Positions 18,314-24,904 of a stretch of 24,904 bases of DNA are shown in pieces. The translations under genes were made by a program, and so were the position numbers. Origin of the DNA: an uncultured archaeon (GTDB lineage Archaea; Asgardarchaeota; Heimdallarchaeia; Heimdallarchaeales; Heimdallarchaeaceae); contig CAZHRF010000014.1 of the NCBI GenBank assembly GCA_964534625.1, positions 7,805 to 32,708 on the forward strand, given 5' to 3'. The notes under the pieces were generated by a model. It was not told the DNA's origin. It saw nothing but the letters and a program-made list of their open reading frames with translations, and searched no databases. Position 1 is the first letter of the stretch; each line of letters begins with the position of its first letter.

Positions 18314-18350
18314 AAAGGGAATAAAACTTAGATAAGTAATAAGGTCATCT

Positions 18351-20456
18351 GTGGTAAATTTGAGAACTATTGAAAAATATGTCCCTTTTATAGAAGAAGA
18401 AGACTTCAAAGGGTCATTAGCTAAATTTAATCCTAAGAACTTTACAAAGTGTAAAGAATATTTGAGATTTATATTGAAGCATTGGGATGAAATAATTGAA
18501 ATAGGTCCAGAATTACCATTAATTTTTCAAAATATCTTATCATTTCTTTTACGTATTTATTATCAAACGTCTTATCTTGACGAAATGAGTAAAAAAATTA
18601 ATACAATTGAAATTTTTTCAAATTATTTATACCTTTTTTCACGCCAAGGCAAATCTGGAAGAGTTAAAAAAATAATTGAACAATATGATCATAATGATGC
18701 CAAAGGACAAAAAATATTGGCTCTTGTTGATTTAAAAATTAGTATTACTCTTTATTATATTGAACAACTTGAATACGAAAGAGCTAATCATACAATAAAG
18801 AGTATTCAAGATATTTTACAAAAAATTGATCCTGAGGATACAAGATTTAAAACTGCTATTAATGAATATAATGTGTCAATAAATTTACTTAAAGCTACAT
18901 TTTATGGTAAGATTAAAGAATATGAAACAGCCATCGATTACGCTAAGTTAGCTTTAATGCTACTCAACAAAGCAAAAAGTGAAAATTATTATCTATTAGC
19001 CATGACAAATATGACATTAGGTAATTTATACCAAAAAATTGGAGATTTAAAAACGCAGAATTATTTTGATCAAGCACACAAATATTTCGAATTATTAGGT
19101 GATGAACGAGGACTTGCAGTTATTAACGCAAACGCAGGATTAATTGGTTTAAGAGAAGGACGTTTTGAAGAAGCATTAACGTTTCTAATTGAATTTATTG
19201 ATCTTATGGAAAAAAAGAAAGACCATAGAAATATTGTAATAACTTGTTTAGATATATATAGCGCTTATAAATCACTAGGTAATTTTCAAAAGGCTGAATA
19301 TTATCTCAATAAAGCATGGAAGATAGTAAAACAAAAAAACTTGATAAACAATAATCTCTATTTAGCATCTGCAGAATTCTATGCATTGAAAGGAGACTTA
19401 GAAAAAGCAAAAGAAAATTTGGAACAATACAAAGACAATCTAAGAATTACAGAAGAAAAGAGATCTATTGCTCTTGCCACATATAAAATTTATGAAGGGC
19501 TTATTGAACTCAAAAGTCAAAATGTGTATAATGCAGAAAAAAATGTACGAATAGGTTATAAAATAGCTAAAAGTAAAAATAACTCAATACTTGTGCTACA
19601 AGCGTTAATTTATCTTATTGAATTGTCATTAATTAAATACCGGATAGAAGATGATGAAGATATAAAAAATTCAATAATGTACGAATTAGAATTATTTTGC
19701 GAAGAAACAGTGATTTTACTAAAAACTCACCAATCAATATTTCAGCAGATAAATTATGCCTTATTATTGGCCAATGTATATATTCTATCTCATAAATTAG
19801 ACCTGGCTCTTTCCGTTCTCCAAAGAACTGAAAATTTATGTTCAACTTATAATTTAACTCATCAATGCGAAGAAGTGCGTAATACAATTCAATTAGTCAA
19901 TACACTAGAACGAACTAATATAGGAGACAATTTAATCAAAGATACTTCAACAATAATTGACCAGTTTATTATATCAATGGTAAACTATTCTACAAAGGGA
20001 ATAACAGATGCAAAATATATGATTGAAGGAGAAATTAAACCCGACATATATTACATATTAATATTAACCCCTTCTGGATTACCTTTCTATTCTAAGACAA
20101 TAAAAGAAGAAAGCATAAGAGAGAGTGATGATTTATTATTGGCAGGCTTAATAAAAGCTATACAAAACTTTTCTTCTGAACTTGAATTTACAAAAGGCAT
20201 GTTTAGGATGTTAGAACATTCAGATTATACAGTCCTAATAGAAACCAGACAAGAATTCACTACAGTAATATTTAGCGATTCTTTTTCATATCCATTAAAG
20301 GCGGCTATTCAACAGCTTTGTGATAAACTGGAATCGGAGGTTTCAGAAATCGAAATGGAATATGAAGAAAGTGGAAGAGAAAAAGTAGAAAACAAGCAAG
20401 CATCAGAAATAGTAGAAGAACTTCTAAAAACAACACTAAAAGAATTTATATCGTAA
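18351..20456 (+). CDS. TPR-repeat protein with C-terminal longin-like domain, paralog 2
   Basis: Collinear with the preceding gene over its full length. C-terminal 'IYYILILTPSGLPFYS...LLLAGLIKAIQNFS...FRMLEHSDY'. GTG start after a 37-nt gap following paralog 1. Confidence 0.8.
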   Translation: MVNLRTIEKYVPFIEEEDFKGSLAKFNPKNFTKCKEYLRFILKHWDEIIEIGPELPLIFQNILSFLLRIYYQTSYLDEMSKKINTIEIFSNYLYLFSRQGKSGRVKKIIEQYDHNDAKGQKILALVDLKISITLYYIEQLEYERANHTIKSIQDILQKIDPEDTRFKTAINEYNVSINLLKATFYGKIKEYETAIDYAKLALMLLNKAKSENYYLLAMTNMTLGNLYQKIGDLKTQNYFDQAHKYFELLGDERGLAVINANAGLIGLREGRFEEALTFLIEFIDLMEKKKDHRNIVITCLDIYSAYKSLGNFQKAEYYLNKAWKIVKQKNLINNNLYLASAEFYALKGDLEKAKENLEQYKDNLRITEEKRSIALATYKIYEGLIELKSQNVYNAEKNVRIGYKIAKSKNNSILVLQALIYLIELSLIKYRIEDDEDIKNSIMYELELFCEETVILLKTHQSIFQQINYALLLANVYILSHKLDLALSVLQRTENLCSTYNLTHQCEEVRNTIQLVNTLERTNIGDNLIKDTSTIIDQFIISMVNYSTKGITDAKYMIEGEIKPDIYYILILTPSGLPFYSKTIKEESIRESDDLLLAGLIKAIQNFSSELEFTKGMFRMLEHSDYTVLIETRQEFTTVIFSDSFSYPLKAAIQQLCDKLESEVSEIEMEYEESGREKVENKQASEIVEELLKTTLKEFIS

Positions 20457-20726
20457 AAGGGGTATAGAAACGGAATAGCACAATTAACATAATATGTTTT
20501 CTTTACAATATTATCTTAGCTGTTTCATGAGTTTGTGAAATCTTTTGTATATTATTACTATCTTAAGGATTTGTTATTTACTAGTACTTCTGAATTAAGC
20601 TGCTAATATCCTCTTTGACATACTTAGAATGAAACTAAATCTGATTCATTTTAGATTTTAATGTTTTTTCACACTATTTCGGAAGTACCATTTACTGATT
20701 CCAATCATAAGCATATATATTGATGT

Positions 20727-20784
20727 CGAAAGGTTTTTATCAATTCCCCATAGAATTCTCGTGTTACTAGTTTAAAATAGGTGA
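20727..20784 (+). promoter_or_regulatory. BRE/TATA-like promoter and Shine-Dalgarno of the oxidoreductase operon
   Basis: CGAAAGGTTTTTATC (purine-rich BRE plus TATA-like box) at 20727-20741, and AGGTGA at 20779-20784 just before ATG 20789. Confidence 0.55.
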
Positions 20785-20788
20785 ATGT

Positions 20789-22882
20789 ATGTTTCACAAA
20801 GATCAGAATAGAATTACAGAGCACCCCATTTTACAACCTTTTGAGGGTAATTTTGTAGAGTTTTATTGGGATGGTATCAAACTCTTTGGTAAAGAAAACG
20901 AAATGATTTCTAGTGCATTAATTGCCAATGGCATCCATATTTTTGGTCATCATCCTAAAGATAACAGTCCTCAAGGTATTTTTTGTGCCAATGGTCAATG
21001 TGCTCAATGTCAGGTTCTTGTTGATGGAGTTCCCCTGAAGAGCTGTATGACTCCATTGAAGAAAGGTATGCGTATAGAAAGTATAGCTGGTTTTCCCCCT
21101 CTTCCAAAAGATGATAAACCGCTAGATAATGCGGGCGAGATAAGGACAATAAAAACTGATGTACTAATTATTGGTGGTGGTCCTTCAGGTTTAACTGCTG
21201 CTATTGATCTTGCCAAATATGGGGCTCATGTTTTACTTGTCGATGATAAAAGTAATTTAGGTGGTAAATTAGTTTTACAAACGCATAAATTTTTTGGTTC
21301 TGTTGAAGATTCATATGCAGGTACACGAGGGAATCAGATTGGGGAAATTTTGGCTGAACAAATAAAAGAACAAGATAATATCGAAGTATGGTTAAACTCA
21401 ATAGCTATAGGTGTATTTGTAGATCAAAAAATAGGAATCCAAAAAGAGCATGAATATGTTTTGGTCAAACCAAAGAAACTCCTTGTTGCAACTGGGGCGA
21501 GAGAAAAAATGTTAGCCTTTCCAGGAAACACTTTACCCGGCGTATATGGTGCTGGCGCTTTTCAAACGCTTGTTAATCGTGATTTAATTAAATCTAGCGA
21601 CAGAATTTTCATTGTTGGCGGTGGAAATGTGGGGTTAATTGCTGGTTACCATGCACTTCAAGCTGGTATGGATATTGTTGGGTTAGTTGAAGCTCTTCCC
21701 AACTGTGGAGGATATAAAGTCCATGAACAAAAATTAAGGAGATTAGGAGTACCTATCTATACCAGACATACAGTTATTTCTGCTCATGGAACAGATCATC
21801 TGGAATCTGTTATTATATCTCAAATTGATGAAAATTTCAAACCTATTAAAGGAACAGAAAAACAGTTTAATGTTGATACTCTACTAATTGCTGTCGGTTT
21901 AGATCCCGTAGATGAATTTTACCATAAAGCCCAGGAGTTTGGTATGGATGTATGGGCAGCTGGTGACGCAAAAGAGATAGCTGAAGCCTCAGCAGCTATG
22001 TTTAGTGGTAAAATTGTTGCCGTGCATATCGCTAATTCTTTCGGATTAACCTCAAAAAAAGTTCCTGAAGAATGGGAAAACAAGCTTGCTATCTTAAAAA
22101 GCAGACCAGGAAAAACATATGAAACTCAAACTACTTTAAAAGAAGAAGGAATTTTTCCCATATTTCATTGTGACCAAGAAATACCGTGCAATCCAGCTAC
22201 ATCCATTTGTCCAAAAGGCGCTATAATTACTCAAAACAATGAGATAACCGGTATACCTGAATTTGTTGGAGATGAAACGCTTTGTATTGGATGCCGACAA
22301 TGTGTTGCTATCTGTCCAGGTTTGGCTATTAGTCTTGTTGATTATAGAGACGACCAAGCCTTTCCTACTGTCACCTTACCTAGTGAAGTTACTGTTGATT
22401 TGGAAATAGGTCAGAAGATAACTATAGTTGATAAGGATGGTAATGATTTAGGAAATTATGAAATACAGAATATTCGTCTTTTAAAGAAGTATCCACGAAC
22501 TAAGCTTTTAGAGGTTAAGCTACCCAAAGAAATTGCTCAAGAAGCTATTTCATATAGGATCCAAAAAGAAGAAGTAACTGCCCCTGTTGAATTACAATAT
22601 CACGAATGTATACCAGATGAAGCAATTATCTGTAGGTGTGAAAGAGTAAAAGCAGGAACTATTCGTAATCTAATTCGTAAAGGCTTAAGAGATATGAATC
22701 AGATCAAAGCTATAACTAAAGCTGGATTAGGTGCATGTGGAGCAAAAACATGTACCAATCTAATTGAACGAATATTTAGAGAGGAAGGAATAAGAAGAGA
22801 TGAATTCACCACTTTCACCAAACGCCCTCTCTTCGTTGAGATGCCATTAAAGTATATCAAGAAAATGAATAAGGAGGAATAA
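20789..22882 (+). CDS. proline dehydrogenase/sarcosine oxidase alpha-like subunit: [2Fe-2S] + FAD/NAD oxidoreductase + [4Fe-4S] ferredoxin + BFD-like [2Fe-2S] fusion
   Basis: 'FCANGQCAQC...SC' (Fer2_4), GGGPSG, 'LGGKLVLQTHKFFG', ATGARE, GGGNVG, AAGD, 'CIGCRQCVAICP' and 'ICRCE...GLGACGAKTC...RP'. Confidence 0.9.
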   Translation: MFHKDQNRITEHPILQPFEGNFVEFYWDGIKLFGKENEMISSALIANGIHIFGHHPKDNSPQGIFCANGQCAQCQVLVDGVPLKSCMTPLKKGMRIESIAGFPPLPKDDKPLDNAGEIRTIKTDVLIIGGGPSGLTAAIDLAKYGAHVLLVDDKSNLGGKLVLQTHKFFGSVEDSYAGTRGNQIGEILAEQIKEQDNIEVWLNSIAIGVFVDQKIGIQKEHEYVLVKPKKLLVATGAREKMLAFPGNTLPGVYGAGAFQTLVNRDLIKSSDRIFIVGGGNVGLIAGYHALQAGMDIVGLVEALPNCGGYKVHEQKLRRLGVPIYTRHTVISAHGTDHLESVIISQIDENFKPIKGTEKQFNVDTLLIAVGLDPVDEFYHKAQEFGMDVWAAGDAKEIAEASAAMFSGKIVAVHIANSFGLTSKKVPEEWENKLAILKSRPGKTYETQTTLKEEGIFPIFHCDQEIPCNPATSICPKGAIITQNNEITGIPEFVGDETLCIGCRQCVAICPGLAISLVDYRDDQAFPTVTLPSEVTVDLEIGQKITIVDKDGNDLGNYEIQNIRLLKKYPRTKLLEVKLPKEIAQEAISYRIQKEEVTAPVELQYHECIPDEAIICRCERVKAGTIRNLIRKGLRDMNQIKAITKAGLGACGAKTCTNLIERIFREEGIRRDEFTTFTKRPLFVEMPLKYIKKMNKEE

Positions 22883-22884
22883 AA

Positions 22885-24039
22885 ATGACTAAAAGATATG
22901 ATGTTATAGTTATCGGTGCAGGAAGTGTTGGAGTACCTAGTGCCTTGTCCCTCGCTCAAAAAGGATTAAAAGTAGCTGTAATTGAAGCATTACCTTCTGT
23001 TGGACAAGGGCAAAACAAAAAAGCCATAGGCGGTATTAGAGCCACTCATACGACACAACCAAAGATACAATTATGCCTAAGATCTATAGAAATCTTTTCC
23101 ACCTGGGAAGAAAAATATGGTCATGATATTGAATGGTTTAAGGGGGGATATACTTTTGTCGCTTATACTGAAGCCCATGAAAAACTAATGAAAGATAATT
23201 TAGAGATACAACAAAAGGCAGGTTTAAACATTGATTGGGTTGATGCAGATAGAATCAAAGAACTAGTTCCAGGTATTGATGAAACTGGTCTAAAAGGAGG
23301 AACTTTTTCTCCTGATGATGGAAATGCCAGTCCTCTCAAGGCTATAGCTGCAATGTATGATCAATCTATCAAAGAAGGGGTTGATTATTATTTCAATGAA
23401 AAGGTTGTAGTCTTTGATATAAATGACAAGACGATAAGTAAAGTGAAGACAGACAAAAATGAATACCAAGCAGACTATATAATTAATGCAGCTGGAGCAC
23501 ATGCAAGACAGATAGGCGAATTACTAAAATTAGATTTACCAGTTTATCCTGACAGTCATGAAGCTGGAATAAGTGAACCAGTAGAAAAATTTATTGAACC
23601 ACTTGTTGTTGATTTGAGACCTGGTCCTGGTACGAAAAATTTCTATTTTTATCAAAACAAAGAAGGTAAATTTATTTTATGTCTAACACCTGAACCTATT
23701 ATCCCGGGTAAAGATGAAAGAGAAACATCAGTTTTTCTACCACAATTAGCTGCAAGGATAACTGCATTTGTACCACGTACAAAAAACTTGAAAATCCGAA
23801 GAATGTGGAGAGGATTATATCCTATGAGTCCAGATGGTAGTCCAATCATAGGTAAAGTAAAAGAATATGACAATTATATCAATTGTATTGGTATGTGCGG
23901 ACAAGGGTTTATGTTAGGACCAGGAGTTGGAGAATTAATGGCAAGAATAATCACAGATGACTTAACTCAAAAAGATCAAGAAATATTAGCAGATCTTTCA
24001 TTATACAGGGATTTCTCTACCGTTGAAAAATTAAAGTAA
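22885..24039 (+). CDS. FAD-dependent amino-acid oxidoreductase (DAO family; proline dehydrogenase/sarcosine oxidase beta subunit-like)
   Basis: 'DVIVIGAGSVG', 'INAAGA', 'RMWRGLYPMSPDGSPIIG' and 'GMCGQGFMLGPGVG'. GGAGG SD and a 2-nt gap after the alpha gene. Confidence 0.9.
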   Translation: MTKRYDVIVIGAGSVGVPSALSLAQKGLKVAVIEALPSVGQGQNKKAIGGIRATHTTQPKIQLCLRSIEIFSTWEEKYGHDIEWFKGGYTFVAYTEAHEKLMKDNLEIQQKAGLNIDWVDADRIKELVPGIDETGLKGGTFSPDDGNASPLKAIAAMYDQSIKEGVDYYFNEKVVVFDINDKTISKVKTDKNEYQADYIINAAGAHARQIGELLKLDLPVYPDSHEAGISEPVEKFIEPLVVDLRPGPGTKNFYFYQNKEGKFILCLTPEPIIPGKDERETSVFLPQLAARITAFVPRTKNLKIRRMWRGLYPMSPDGSPIIGKVKEYDNYINCIGMCGQGFMLGPGVGELMARIITDDLTQKDQEILADLSLYRDFSTVEKLK

Positions 24040-24042
24040 ATA

Positions 24043-24059
24043 CTTTTTTCCTTTTTTTC
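24043..24059 (+). terminator. oligo-T terminator candidate
   Basis: CTTTTTTCCTTTTTTTC directly after the stop at 24039. Confidence 0.5.
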
Positions 24060-24070
24060 ACGAAGTTCAA

Positions 24071-24153
24071 AGTTCATCTCAGTAAACTTTTTTGCGATGG
24101 TTTAAACATATTTAGCTGTCCATGTATTTCTCAAGTGAGATGAACTCTAAGGT
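24071..24153. repeat. short inverted-repeat element, copy B (MITE-like remnant)
   Basis: AGTTCATCTCA (24071-24081) and TGAGATGAACT (24136-24146) form a perfect 11-bp inverted repeat. The right end is shared with 585-607. Confidence 0.6.
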
Positions 24154-24528
24154 CTATGTTTTTTTCTTCTTTATTTTTTTAACTCAATCTAAATGAGTTT
24201 AGTACATAATAGAAACCAGAAAAAGGAAAATAAAATATTTCTTTCAGATTAGCATGTGAATAAAATCTTGAAAATTAGTAGAATTCTAAAGTAGAGTTGA
24301 ACTTATTGGTTATATATCCTTGTTTTTTAATTTTTAGCGAATTGAAATACTCTTCTAAAGGTTTCATTTTTTCTATGAGCGATGCATTTAGATTCCTTTC
24401 ATATACTATTATACCATTACGTAAGCTGTCTAAACATGACATGTTTATTTTATTCACAGAACTATTTATATCCCTCAATTTTTTAATCAGTGCAAAAAGA
24501 ATATATTATGATATCCCTATCTTTTCTT

Positions 24529-24904
24529 ATGCTTGATATTCATATAATAAATCTTGGCTTAGTAAACTGCTATTTGATTAAAGATGAAGGTGATTACATA
24601 TTAATAGACACCGGCATGAAAAGACATTCAAAGAAAATACTCTCTTTTCTAGAAACAAACTCAATTTCCCCTGAACAGATTGGTTTGATAATTATTACTC
24701 ACTGTCATGCTGATCATGTAGGAAGCCTTCCAAAATTGAAAGAGAAAACCCATGCTAAAATATTAATTCATGAAATGGAAGCAGATAAATTGCGTTCAGG
24801 AATAAGTGCAGAAGTTAAACCTGTTGGTCTTCTTAAATTATTTATCAATAAAAACAGAAAAAGGACAGTCTCAGCTGTAAATCCAGATATAGTTATGCAA
24901 GATA
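24529..24904 (+). CDS. MBL-fold metallo-hydrolase, 5' part (runs off the window; absent from the ORF track)
   Basis: Hand translation MLDIHIINLGLVNCYLIKDEGDYILIDTG...IIITHCHADHVGSL...KILIHEMEA contains NCYLI, LIDTG and HxHxDH motifs. Confidence 0.9.
   Translation, partial: MLDIHIINLGLVNCYLIKDEGDYILIDTGMKRHSKKILSFLETNSISPEQIGLIIITHCHADHVGSLPKLKEKTHAKILIHEMEADKLRSGISAEVKPVGLLKLFINKNRKRTVSAVNPDIVMQD

Noticed and set aside
20615-20650. TTGACA (-35-like) hexamer and nearby weak inverted repeats
   Set aside because: There is no properly spaced -10 box, the context is archaeal, and such short matches are expected in AT-rich DNA.

Overview
AT-rich, gene-dense archaeal chromosomal window, most likely from an Asgard archaeon such as Heimdallarchaeia. 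That assignment is an inference from GGTGA/GGAGG Shine-Dalgarno motifs, BRE/TATA-like promoters, oligo-T terminators, longin-domain proteins, an SmsCB Fe-S system and an archaeal-type REC-PAS regulator. In order, the window holds a GRAM/PH-like protein, a secreted C-terminally anchored protein, an MFS transporter and a tubby/LURP-one-like protein. Next is a scar region with two gene fragments missing from the ORF track (a duplicated MFS 5' end and a nitroreductase 3' half), followed by a REC-PAS-PAS protein with no output domain. Then come an ECF transporter operon (S, A-A', T), a DUF1624/DUF418-like membrane protein, a stand-alone BRCT protein, smsCB (sufC/sufB-like), an orphan dppB/oppB and an unknown 560-aa membrane protein. 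The last part has two tandem paralogous TPR + longin proteins, a proline dehydrogenase/sarcosine oxidase-like pair with a fused alpha-ferredoxin-BFD subunit, and the 5' part of an MBL-fold hydrolase. The best candidate for an undescribed system is the TPR-longin pair, possibly with the upstream membrane protein, which resembles heterodimeric longin GEF modules. A small MITE-like inverted-repeat element occurs twice, about 23.5 kb apart. No rRNA, tRNA, CRISPR array or transposase was seen. All family calls come from motif recognition by eye, not database searches.
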